A stretch of 32,000 nucleotides of DNA, taken from Pyrolobus fumarii 1A (GTDB taxonomy: Archaea > Thermoproteota > Thermoprotei_A > Sulfolobales > Pyrodictiaceae). The DNA lies in assembly GCF_000223395.1 (NCBI RefSeq), contig NC_015931.1:1530001-1562000 (forward strand). Direction: 5' to 3'. Below the pieces are notes generated by a model. That model ran no database searches and had not been told where the DNA came from. It saw nothing but the letters and a program-made list of their open reading frames with translations. Shown one piece after another: positions 16,276 through 25,700 of this stretch. Every line of letters begins with the position of its first letter. Within the stretch, counting starts at the first letter, position 1. The position numbers were made by a program, and so were the translations under genes.

Positions 16276-16992
16276 GTGGGTAAACGAATACTCGTCCAGA
16301 GGATGGGTAGAGGCAGTCCAACGTTCCGCAGTAAACCATGGATACACCCAGCGCCAGCCAAGTACCCGCCGCCAGCGCCAGTGACACTACGCGGGCGTGT
16401 CGTCGAGCTAGTTCATGATCCGGGTAGGTGGTGCCCGCTAGCAAAGATAGTGCTGGAGAACGGTGTCGAGTTCTACACTGTAGCTGCAGAGGGTATGTAC
16501 GTCGGTCAAGTGATCAAGATAGGACCAGATGCCGAGCCCGTCAACGGCAACATACTGCCTCTTGGTAAGATCCCAGAGGGTACACAGATATTCAATATCG
16601 AGATACGCCCAGGTGACGGTGGTAAGCTAGCGCGTGCACCAGGCTCCTATGCAATCGTAGTGGGTAGGACTGGTAACAAGACAATAGTCCAGCTCCCGAG
16701 TGGTAAGGTCAAGGAGCTTCCGAATGATGCTCGCGCTACTATAGGTATACCGGCTGGCGGCGGAAGGCTCGAGAAGCCACTACTCAAGGCTGGGAATGCT
16801 TACCACAAGTGGAAGGTCAAGGCCCACAAGTGGCCACGCGTGCGCGGTGTAGCCATGAACGCTGTAAGCCACCCACATGGCGGTGGCAGCCACCAGAGTC
16901 CAAGCTTCCCAACGACCGTTGCAAGAGAGGCGCCACCAGGCCAGAAAGTCGGTCACATCGCTGCCAGGCAGACTGGCCGCAAGAAGAGGTAG
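16276..16992 (+). CDS. rpl2: 50S ribosomal protein uL2 (L2P)
   Basis: MGKRILVQRMGRGSPTFRS, PGDGGKLARAPGSYA, IPAGGGRLEKPLLKAGNAYHKWK and VRGVAMNAVSHPHGGG are classic uL2 signatures. GTG start 23 nt after the cedB-like stop. Confidence 0.95.
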   Translation: MGKRILVQRMGRGSPTFRSKPWIHPAPAKYPPPAPVTLRGRVVELVHDPGRWCPLAKIVLENGVEFYTVAAEGMYVGQVIKIGPDAEPVNGNILPLGKIPEGTQIFNIEIRPGDGGKLARAPGSYAIVVGRTGNKTIVQLPSGKVKELPNDARATIGIPAGGGRLEKPLLKAGNAYHKWKVKAHKWPRVRGVAMNAVSHPHGGGSHQSPSFPTTVAREAPPGQKVGHIAARQTGRKKR

Positions 16993-17037
16993 CGCTAAAA
17001 CCCCTATACCCTATGCATCTCGTGAGACAAGAGTACG

Positions 17038-17045
17038 GGTGGTGA
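17038..17045 (+). promoter_or_regulatory. Shine-Dalgarno-like GGTGGTGA upstream of rps19
   Basis: GGTGGTGA lies 4 nt before ATG 17050. The identical octamer precedes rpl3. Confidence 0.5.
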
Positions 17046-17049
17046 GCAC

Positions 17050-17496
17050 ATGTCTGCTGAGATAAAGAAGTGGCTTGAGATGTTGCCACCCGAGTGGAGG
17101 AAGTTCAGGTACCGCGGCTACACGCTTGAAGAGCTACTCCAGATGAGCATGGATGAGTTCGTGAAACTGCTACCCGCTAGGCAGAGACGTAGCCTACTAC
17201 GCGGCTTCACAGAAGCTCAGCGTATACTACTAAGGAAGATCAAGAAGGCTAGACAGAAGATGCTGAAGGGCGAGAAGGTAGTGATAAAGACTCACGTACG
17301 GGACATGATAATACTGCCGGAGATGGTCGGGTTGACTATAGCCGTCTATAACGGCAAGGAGTTTGTACCAGTTAAGATAACGCCAGAGATGATAGGTCAC
17401 TATCTAGGAGAGTTCTCGCCAACGTGCAAGATCGTCAAGCACGGCGAGCCAGGCCTCAAAGCCACAAAGAGCACGCTGCACGTCGCACTCAAGTAA
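17050..17496 (+). CDS. rps19: 30S ribosomal protein uS19 (S19P)
   Basis: [62 protein letters not shown] and KHGEPG are typical of archaeal S19. Confidence 0.95.
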   Translation: MSAEIKKWLEMLPPEWRKFRYRGYTLEELLQMSMDEFVKLLPARQRRSLLRGFTEAQRILLRKIKKARQKMLKGEKVVIKTHVRDMIILPEMVGLTIAVYNGKEFVPVKITPEMIGHYLGEFSPTCKIVKHGEPGLKATKSTLHVALK

Positions 17497-17561
17497 AGCT
17501 ATTCACCTTTTACAACTATCAAGCCGTTTTTGCCTCCACGAGTTTCGCGGGGTCGCTTATT

Positions 17562-18104
17562 TTGCCCGACCCGCGTATAATCCGTGACAAGTATTGTTCG
17601 ACTGCAACTGGCTACGACGAGCTATACCGGGAGGAACAGTTTGAGAAATATGAGGTTGTATTCAACGAGCATAGGCCGAAAGGGGTAGTGGCCGACGTAG
17701 GCGCAGGCACGTGCCTCCTTGAAGAGTATTTTGTAACTCGTAATATCCTATCAAGTGTTTTGTATATACTTGCGCTAGACTTAACGCCTTGTATGTTAGA
17801 TTTGTGTAGGGAGAGGTTATCAAAACTAAATGTGATGCATTTAGTGGATATTGTTGAGTGTGATGCTGTTCATCTTCCGCTTCGGGATAACTCTGTTGAC
17901 GAGAGCTATGCATTCACAGTTTTTGATCTTGTAAGTGATGCGGAGAAAGCCATACGTGAGCAAGTTAGAGTTACACGCAAACGCGCTATCTACACGTTAT
18001 TGAAACGTGCGGAAGCTCATAGAAGATTTAGCCTATGTCAAAGGTATCATGGTGAGACGAGCAAGGACGTCATCTGCTCACCCAGGGCTTTCAACAGCAA
18101 CTAG
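17562..18104 (+). CDS. class I SAM-dependent methyltransferase
   Basis: Motif I is VVADVGAGTCLLEEY. Motifs ALDLTPCML, CDAVHLPLRDNSVD and AFTVFDLV follow. The listed ORF (17424) overlaps rps19, so I take the first in-frame TTG after the rps19 stop (17562). The start is uncertain and the gene is AT-rich relative to its neighbours. Confidence 0.65.
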   Translation: MPDPRIIRDKYCSTATGYDELYREEQFEKYEVVFNEHRPKGVVADVGAGTCLLEEYFVTRNILSSVLYILALDLTPCMLDLCRERLSKLNVMHLVDIVECDAVHLPLRDNSVDESYAFTVFDLVSDAEKAIREQVRVTRKRAIYTLLKRAEAHRRFSLCQRYHGETSKDVICSPRAFNSN

Positions 18105-18285
18105 CTTGAGGCACATGTCCTGTCTTAATCTTGTGCTCGGCGGTATGGGCTTACCATCGCATGTGAAAACTGTAGTGAGGACTTCTATCAATCCGAGTCT
18201 GTTGATAATTTCTGATATGCTAGTGTCTCTACATACGCGTATCCATGCGTGATGTACAGTCCCGCCGAGTTTCACGATTATGATG

Positions 18286-19212
18286 TTAACGTCTACAAAT
18301 CCTCGTGTTGAGCAGCGTTGAGGTGAGCCTACACGTAAAGCATACCATGGATTGTGAAGGTGAACCACAGTATACACACCGTTGAGGTGCACTAGGCTTA
18401 ACCCGGTAATAGGCTAGTCTCAGTAGATTGCCGATTATGGAGGGATACCTAGATCGGAGGCTACCCGCAGCTGCTTTCATAGCAGATGATAAGCTACGGG
18501 TTGGCTTAAAGGGGCACGGCGTCTCGGTGAAAGGCAAGCCCCGCGCAATTACGTAGTTTAGTGTGTCGCGCTCTCCCACCAGTAGCAGTGGACGTAGCCT
18601 CATCAGTTGCTCGCCCTTCTCTACAACTGCAAATCCCTCATCCTCTTGTCCCGAAGCCATATTCACTAGAGTGAACGCTGTAAGATCATCAAGCGTGTGG
18701 CCAGTTGCTATAGCATCTGCGCCGAGAGCATGTGCAACCTCCTCTAGAATCCTTCTCTTAATGGAGCCGCAAAGTGCACAGGTAGGCCTTCTAACAATAT
18801 TGTTTATATAAGCTTCACTAGCACAGTTGGTATCCACGCCGAGAACCTCTCTACTATCGACAATCACGTATGGTACGCCAACAGAGTTGTATACGTCTAC
18901 AACTACACGGAGCGCGTGTCTACTATACTCTGGTATGTGCAGGTCTATCGTGACTCCTACGACATCGAAACCCTCGTGGCGTGACACCCACGCTAGGGCA
19001 TCAAGAAGAGCGACACTATCCTTTCCTCCAGACACTCCAACTATCACACGACGTGGCTTCAGTTTAGCCTTGCGCAAGGCGTCGCGTACGCGCCGCCTAA
19101 AAGCTTCTATGTAATGTCGACGGCATAGTGCTATGTTAGGTGCCCAGGACGGTGTAAACTCGCCAGGGGCGCCGCATCTAGCGCATCTTGGCTTGTAGAG
19201 CCTAGGTGGCAC
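18286..19212 (-). CDS. ttuA: TtuA/NcsA-family PP-loop tRNA 2-thiolation protein
   Basis: N-terminal CARCG...C zinc finger and PP-loop VGVSGGKDSVALLDAL. CALCGSIKRRIL, GHTLDDL and C-terminal CVYCG...CFTC are present. GTG start 9 nt after the upstream vWA gene stop. Confidence 0.85.
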   Translation of the reverse strand: MPPRLYKPRCARCGAPGEFTPSWAPNIALCRRHYIEAFRRRVRDALRKAKLKPRRVIVGVSGGKDSVALLDALAWVSRHEGFDVVGVTIDLHIPEYSRHALRVVVDVYNSVGVPYVIVDSREVLGVDTNCASEAYINNIVRRPTCALCGSIKRRILEEVAHALGADAIATGHTLDDLTAFTLVNMASGQEDEGFAVVEKGEQLMRLRPLLLVGERDTLNYVIARGLPFTETPCPFKPTRSLSSAMKAAAGSLRSRYPSIIGNLLRLAYYRVKPSAPQRCVYCGSPSQSMVCFTCRLTSTLLNTRICRR

Positions 19213-19221
19213 TGTAAACCC

Positions 19222-21198
19222 CTAGATACCTGAGAGACGCGAGAGAAACCTTGGTATATCCTCTGGCCGGGCGACAACCCTGACTGTAGCATACTCGGAC
19301 ACAGCCCTGCGCTCGTTACTACAGTGGCGCGGCGGTAGTATGAAGAGAAGGTGCCACCCCTCTCGAGCTAATCTAGCCGCGGTTTCTGATGGTCTCTCGT
19401 CTTCAACTGTCTGGCACAAGTCAGTGACTATAACCATCTTCGAGGGTGTTGTGTAGACTCGTGCTGTTTCGCGGAGGGCTACTGAAATGTTAGTATAGCC
19501 TTCGAATGATACGCGGAAGAGTAACTCTATAATCCTGCGGCGCGAAAGCTTCCAGGCATTCTGAACTATTTCTACGTCACTTGAGAAGAGCGTAAGGGTA
19601 TACACGAGACCCGAGAAACTGGAAGCCGCAAGAAGCGCCCATAGAGTGTACTTGGCCATGCTGCCACTAGTATCGAGAACGAGCGCTATACTAGGCTTCT
19701 TTCTACGCTTCCTGGCGACAATAGGATTCTCTCTCAGCGCGACCAGGTTATACACTGTCCGTCTAACATCTACCCGGCCTCTCTGCGAGATTATGGTTTC
19801 ACTGCTCCTCTTCGCATGTTTAGCTGCACGTGCTTCCATCCTACGCCATACTATCTCGGCAAGCCTCAGGGCGGTGCGCTTAAGATGATCGTCGCCGCTT
19901 CTGTAAACCTCCCGGAGATAGAGAAGAGCCTCATCCGGTTGCATGCGCTTTACGATAGAATAAAGACGTATCATCGCATCGCTTACACCCTCAATAACAG
20001 AGCGTAGCTGTTCGACACGCTCCCGGTACCTCTCGATGGCCCTGATAGCCCAATCTGGCGCCTCACTATAGTCTATCTGTTTCACTTTCTCTAACTCGTA
20101 GAGAGCATAGTCTAGTTGTGCTTCATCCCCCCTGGCTGCAGCTAAGAAGCCCTGCTCGGCACGAGCAAGCATACCTGCAATTGCAACAACAGCCTCTTCC
20201 CAGCTTCTAGGCTGCCTTGATATCCTAACTTCGCTCCAAACGCTGAGATCCACCTCGCCTAGGAGCCCCGCTGCAACACCAATACCTCTGCGATCATGCG
20301 AGATCTTGCGGAGTATGGAGCGGAGAGCGTTAGCATCAAGCAGGCGAAGAGCCTCGGCCAGCATGTCGCGTGATTCGCGGCTTCTCAGCAACTCTAGGGC
20401 CAGACGGGGCTCGCTGCGCAACAGACTAGCCAGACTACGTGGAGTCAGCGCATCGAGATTACGGAGCAATTTGTAAGCGCTCCAAGAGTCTCTTGGGGTC
20501 TCGCCCGATTCGAGTCTCTTAGCAACTATACTTGCGAGTTTACGCGCTAGGCCGCGATTACCCTCTTGTAGTGCCTGTAAAGCGGCTAAAGCAATCCTAT
20601 CTATCTCGATACCATCGAGCTTCTCCTCGTCAACCGGCGCAGCATAGAGTGCAAACCATTCGAGTTTACCTCTAGATATCATGCGAGCCGCACTAGCAGC
20701 AAGAGCATCCCATGCCGACCCATACTGACGTAGAAGTGATCGTATTCGTCTAATTGCGGCATCCCGATCAAGTACAACGTCGCCACGCGGTGTACGTACA
20801 ATGAGGCCAAGCAGGCGTAGACGCGAGTATGCCTCTCTACGCTCCTCGGCGTGAGGGCCATTCAAAAGCTTCTTCTTCGAGTATATCCTCGAGCCCCAGC
20901 CTAGACCAAGCCTACGTAGATCGTCCTCCACGGCGGCTATAACGCGAGCTATAGAGTTTTGACTCTGGTTGATCTCCCTCCACACCCGCTCTACAACGGT
21001 CTCCTCCCTATCGTTATGCGCGAAAACTGCACGGATAACATCGTGGAGTATCTCCTTGTCAAGCTCCTTGCCCTCGAGAAGCGCGAGGTTCTCGGCTATA
21101 CGCAGTGCATCTACGATTTCAGATGTTCCGACTTGTAGACCTTCGCGTCTAAGCCTATAGGCAATGCGTATGCATAGACTCACAAGGTCTTCCTTCAA
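19222..21198 (-). CDS. vWA-domain protein (CoxE-like) with large N-terminal helical region, partner of MoxR ATPase
   Basis: The C-terminal domain has an intact MIDAS motif, KKPSIALVLDTSGSMAKY, then GYTNISVAL and MVIVTDL. The N-terminal ~470 aa are Leu/Arg/Ala-rich and helical. The TTG start overlaps the MoxR stop (TTGA). Confidence 0.75.
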   Translation of the reverse strand: MKEDLVSLCIRIAYRLRREGLQVGTSEIVDALRIAENLALLEGKELDKEILHDVIRAVFAHNDREETVVERVWREINQSQNSIARVIAAVEDDLRRLGLGWGSRIYSKKKLLNGPHAEERREAYSRLRLLGLIVRTPRGDVVLDRDAAIRRIRSLLRQYGSAWDALAASAARMISRGKLEWFALYAAPVDEEKLDGIEIDRIALAALQALQEGNRGLARKLASIVAKRLESGETPRDSWSAYKLLRNLDALTPRSLASLLRSEPRLALELLRSRESRDMLAEALRLLDANALRSILRKISHDRRGIGVAAGLLGEVDLSVWSEVRISRQPRSWEEAVVAIAGMLARAEQGFLAAARGDEAQLDYALYELEKVKQIDYSEAPDWAIRAIERYRERVEQLRSVIEGVSDAMIRLYSIVKRMQPDEALLYLREVYRSGDDHLKRTALRLAEIVWRRMEARAAKHAKRSSETIISQRGRVDVRRTVYNLVALRENPIVARKRRKKPSIALVLDTSGSMAKYTLWALLAASSFSGLVYTLTLFSSDVEIVQNAWKLSRRRIIELLFRVSFEGYTNISVALRETARVYTTPSKMVIVTDLCQTVEDERPSETAARLAREGWHLLFILPPRHCSNERRAVSEYATVRVVARPEDIPRFLSRLSGI

Positions 21199-22124
21199 AC
21201 TCCGAAGACCTCCCTTAGAACCTCGTCCACTACCTCCTCTTCCTCAACCCTCTTGTATAGAGTTACCGTTGCAGCCTCAATAACGTCCCTAACGTCAACT
21301 GTATCGCTTCCACGCAGTTCTGCAAGCCTCGCCGCCACTCTAGCCCATGTGACAGTATCGGCAGGACCCGGTTTATACGAGGCTCTCTTTCTCAACTCGT
21401 TAACAACGGCTATCATAGAACGAAGCAGCTCGTCGGGAAGTTTAGCCCTTGAATCGAGCCTTATGCGTACGATCTCTGCTTCGCGCTCGGGAGGCGGATA
21501 GTCGAAGCGTATCCTTACGACTCTTCTCAGGAAAGCATCGCTAAGTTCGCCCTGCCCGATATCCTCTGGGTTACTAGTGAAGATCACTTGGAATCCTGGG
21601 CCTCTGGCTCTAAACACCTTCCTAAGCTCGGGTACTATTATGCGCCTCTTGTCAATTATGTCAAGAAGCATGTTTTGGAATTCCTCGCTACTCCTTCTAA
21701 TCTCGTCGACAAGGACGCCAGCATCCAGTATTATGGCAGCTAGTAGGGGCCTAGGTATGTAGCTCTCCTCGTTGAAACCATATTTCATGGCCATCAATGG
21801 GTGGAAATCACCGATAACTCGGTACTCGTCATAGTTCTCGCTACAGGGTAACACGAAGGCGGTCTTCCCGGCCCAGAGAGTAAGTATAGCCTCACCAATC
21901 TCAGTCTTGCCGGTGCCGGGTGGCCCCTCAAATAGCACCGGCCTGCCCGCCATAAACGCCGCTAATACCAGTGACACTAGCCTCTTGTCTACTATTAGAC
22001 GGTATTCATCCCTGAGTATGCGTACCATTTCGTCTGGATTACGTACCGGTTTTCGTGTCTCAACCACCTGCCCATAGATCTCATACACTTTCCTCACGAT
22101 GGGGTCATCGGCGTCAACACTCAT
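21195..22124 (-). CDS. MoxR-family AAA+ ATPase
   Basis: Walker A is VLFEGPPGTGKTEIGEAI and Walker B is VLVDEIRRSSEEFQNMLLDIID. VIFTSNPEDIGQGELSDAFLRRV is a MoxR-like sensor/Arg region. Size is 309 aa. Confidence 0.85.
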   Translation of the reverse strand: MSVDADDPIVRKVYEIYGQVVETRKPVRNPDEMVRILRDEYRLIVDKRLVSLVLAAFMAGRPVLFEGPPGTGKTEIGEAILTLWAGKTAFVLPCSENYDEYRVIGDFHPLMAMKYGFNEESYIPRPLLAAIILDAGVLVDEIRRSSEEFQNMLLDIIDKRRIIVPELRKVFRARGPGFQVIFTSNPEDIGQGELSDAFLRRVVRIRFDYPPPEREAEIVRIRLDSRAKLPDELLRSMIAVVNELRKRASYKPGPADTVTWARVAARLAELRGSDTVDVRDVIEAATVTLYKRVEEEEVVDEVLREVFGV

Positions 22125-22197
22125 AGCTACTATTCGACCCCCACCCCGTGAGACATATGCAAGACGCGCCCTATACGGCTAAGCCTGGGGAAAGGAG

Positions 22198-22668
22198 ATG
22201 GTCAAGCGTTTCAGAAAGCGTGGTGGAGAGGTGCCACAATCTCCACCACCAAATGTGCTATTCAGTGTCGCTGTGTGGAGAGGAGCAGAGGTAGAACACT
22301 ACGACGTCTACTTTGAGGATGATGGGATACGCTTCGAATACTTAGGTGGATACTGGGACGGTGTCAAGCCATTTGCGGGCCCAAGTCGCCGCGAAGCTCT
22401 GTTGATCTATAGTGTTTTGAAGAAGAGGCGTAGAAGTGTAGGTGAGAGGCGGATAGAGGATTTCAAGATATCCTATGACGATATAGTCCGTGTTGAGATA
22501 GAGAAGAGAGAGGAGAATGCAAAGATACGTCTATGGATGCGCGATGGGCGCTGGCTAGAGATGAGAATACCAATCAAGATCTACGACCTCGCCTACAAGT
22601 TGCTAAAGAAACGGTTAGAGCGGAGACTACGCGAGAAAGGAGCATGGGTGGTGAGGAGGGCCCGATAA
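22198..22668 (+). CDS. hypothetical basic protein
   Basis: The 156-aa ORF has thermophile-like composition, an AGGAG immediately upstream of the ATG, and is divergent from the MoxR gene. No family recognised. Confidence 0.5.
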   Translation: MVKRFRKRGGEVPQSPPPNVLFSVAVWRGAEVEHYDVYFEDDGIRFEYLGGYWDGVKPFAGPSRREALLIYSVLKKRRRSVGERRIEDFKISYDDIVRVEIEKREENAKIRLWMRDGRWLEMRIPIKIYDLAYKLLKKRLERRLREKGAWVVRRAR

Positions 22669-22703
22669 TCAGAGGCTAGCATAAGAAAGCCGATGAAGAA
22701 GGA

Positions 22704-25700
22704 TCAACCGGCCGAGCCCGCCGGCCTAACACTTATCACAAACTTCTCATCTCCAATCTCCCATTCCATCACTAGGCCTCCGGCTTCTCTAGCTGCGTGC
22801 TCGTCGCTAGTTAGCAGCAGCCTAGCTGCTCTCGTCTCACTCTTCACGTACTCCTCGAGCTTCTCTAGAAGCTTGAGAGCGTCGCTCGGGCCAGCAACCA
22901 CAACCTCCACATACGCGTCGACCGGCAGGTTTAGCATCTTCCTCATGTACTGTATGCGGCGTACAACATCCCTCGCTAGACCCTCAGCAATCTCCTCCTC
23001 GGTGAGCCTCGTGTCTACAGCTACACTACCCCAGCTGGTCTCTGCAATGGCAAATCCAACTCTAGGCTTAGCTCTAATGTTGACATCCTCTCTCTCAATA
23101 GTTACTTCTACACCGTCTATCACGGTCCTGTGTACACCTTCGCGTATGATATCGCGTGCTACTTTGTCTGCATTAGACTTTAGATACTCTACTATCCTTG
23201 ATGTGAGCTTGCGATACTTGGGACCCAGCCTAGCATAGACCGGCTCAACATCATAAGTTAGGAGTTCTTCGAGTTCAGCCGCGCTCCTAACACTAACCTT
23301 CTTCGCATTAGCCTGCTCCAATACTATCCTTGATAGCCTCTCAACAGCTTCGGATACTCTCTCGTCACTAGTAAACACAATTATCTCGCGTACCGGCTGC
23401 CTAAGCTTAAGCCCAGCCTTCATACGCGCAGATGCAGCCGCCTCAACAACCTCGCGCACAATTGCCATGTCCTTCTCTAGCTGCTCGTCAATTAGTCTCT
23501 TGTCTATCTGCGGCCATTCTAGCATTGCTACGCTTGGCGGCGCGTCTGGCTCAGCGGGCTTAACAAAAGTCTGGTAGAGGTACTCGGTGATGAACGGTGT
23601 TATGGTCGAGGCCATAGCGAGCCACGAGCGGAGCACGTGATAGAGTGTAGCGTATGCGGTGATCTTTGATATGTTCTCCTCTTCTAGCCATACGCGTCTC
23701 CTTATAAGGCGAATGTACCATCTGCTGACGTCCTCTAGTATGAACTCGCGGATTGCTCTTGCAGCTTCATGTATCCTATATTCTTCGAAAGCCCTGGTTA
23801 CCCTCCCTATCAGCCTCTGTAGCCTCGAAAGTAGCCATCTATCTTCAGCTTCCAGCTTATCGAGAAGCTCATCGAGTTTGTGTCTAGTCGGGTCGAACTT
23901 ATCTAGGCTCATGTAGGTCGATGCGAAGACGAACACATTCCACACGATGCTCAAGTCTTTCCTAGCCTGCTCGAGAGCCTTCCACGAGAACCTTGCATCC
24001 TCCCAAGTAGTGTTCTGGAGTACCCATAGGCGGAATGGGTCGCGGCCGGCCTTCTTTATGATCTCGGCGGTGTCAACATAGTTGCCAAGGCTCTTGTGCA
24101 TCTCGCGACCTTTCTCGTCAAGCATGAATCCGTGGACGAGTACGTTGCGGTAAGGTACGCTACCGAAGCCAATAACGCCAGCACGTAGCAAGCTGAAGAA
24201 CCAGCCACGCGTCTGGTCGTGACCCTCTGTTATGAAGTCGACTGGGCTGAATTCTATCCTCTCCGGGTGGCCGAGTGACGCGTAGAAAGCGACACCGCTG
24301 TCAAGCCAGACGTCCATCACGTCTGGTACTCTGCGAGCGTTACCGCCACACTTCGGGCAGCGTAGCGTAACACGGTCTACCCAAGGACGGTGAAGTTCGC
24401 GAGGCTTTTCCCCGCCAAGCTCTACAAGCTCCTTAAGACTGCCAACCACTATGGTGTTGCCACACTTCTCGCATATCCAGACCGGTAGCGGCGCACCCCA
24501 ATACCTCTGTCTGCTGAGAACCCAATCCTGTAGATTCTCTAGCATAGACATTATACGGTCTAGAGCCCAGGATGGTATCCAGTTAGCCTTCTTCACCTCC
24601 TTGACCAGCTTCTCTTTCAGTTTTGTCACCTTGATTATCCATTGGGGCGTGGCGCGAAGGAGAACGGGTGACTTGCATCTCCAGCAGACCGGATACCTGT
24701 GACTAATCTCGCCAGCGTGGAGTAGGGCTCCCCGCTCGCGAAGCATGTCAATTATAGTTGGGTTTGCCTCGCGAGCCCGGAGCCCCTTAAGGGGACCTGC
24801 ATCCTCGGTGAATCTCCCCTCATCGTCTATTGGTGCCACGATGGCATCACTCCATCCGCGCTTCACGGCTACCTGGAAGTCTTCGAAACCGTGGCCTGGA
24901 GCGGCGTGGACGAGACCCGTACCCTCATAGAGTGTCACAAACTCGGGAGCGGCGACGATCTCGTGGAACTTTTTGAGCTTGGACTGAAGCGGGATAACAT
25001 CTTCGAGCGGGTGGATATACCTTAGGCCTACAAGCTCAGAACCCTTTACTACATCGACTATCTCATAGTTTGAGATCCCGGCTTCCTCCATAACTTTCTC
25101 TACGCGAGTGCGCGCCATGATGAGTATCTCGTTGCCTACCCTTACCCTGGCGTACTCGGCATCCGGGTGTATCATTACAAAAGCGTTAGCAGGCAGAGTC
25201 CATGGGGTTGTCGTCCAGATGACTATGTATTCGTTTTCTCTACCTTCGAGCTTGAACTTGACATAGATGGATGGGTCTGTAAGCTCGCGGTACTCTATTT
25301 CATACTCGGCTAGTGTCGTGCCGCAGCGCGGGCACCAATAGACAACGCGCAGCTCGCGCTCCAGGAGGCCCTCTTCCCATGCTCTCTTAATTAGCCACCA
25401 CTCGGCCTCAATGTAATCGTCCCGGAGGGTGAGGTAGGGGTTATCCCAGTCCATGAAGACGCCGAGTTCCTTAAACCACCTTGTGAGGCCCTGCACGTTT
25501 GTAAGAGCGAACTCCTTACACAGTTCCACGAACCTCTCGATCCCTATCTTCTCCTCGATCTCCCTCTTTACCTTTATACCAAGCCTCTTCTCTACCTGCA
25601 CCTCTATCGGTAGACCGTGGCAGTCGTAACCAGGCTTATCCCAGGTGTCGAACCCCGCCATCCTCCTATATCGTAGCACAGCATCCTTCAATACCTTGTT

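Noticed and set aside
17424-17561. Upstream extension of the methyltransferase ORF overlapping rps19
   Set aside because: The first 46 codons overlap the rps19 coding region in another frame and encode a basic low-complexity peptide. The true start is more likely downstream of the rps19 stop.
18249-18300. Possible C/D-box sRNA (GTGATGT ... ATGATGT) between the methyltransferase and ttuA
   Set aside because: No CTGA D or D' boxes occur at the required spacing, and the second box overlaps the 3' end of the ttuA-like CDS. It is probably a chance match.
18078-18392. 104-aa minus ORF and 81-aa plus ORF (18007..18252) in the convergent gap
   Set aside because: They overlap the ends of the better-supported convergent genes. 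Composition is not protein-like and no motifs are present.
22693-23238. 181-aa plus-strand ORF
   Set aside because: It is antisense to the well-supported IleRS gene and is a Ser/Leu-rich shadow frame. The same reasoning applies to the other short ORFs inside IleRS, the helicase, the PAPS-reductase-like gene and the vWA/MoxR genes.
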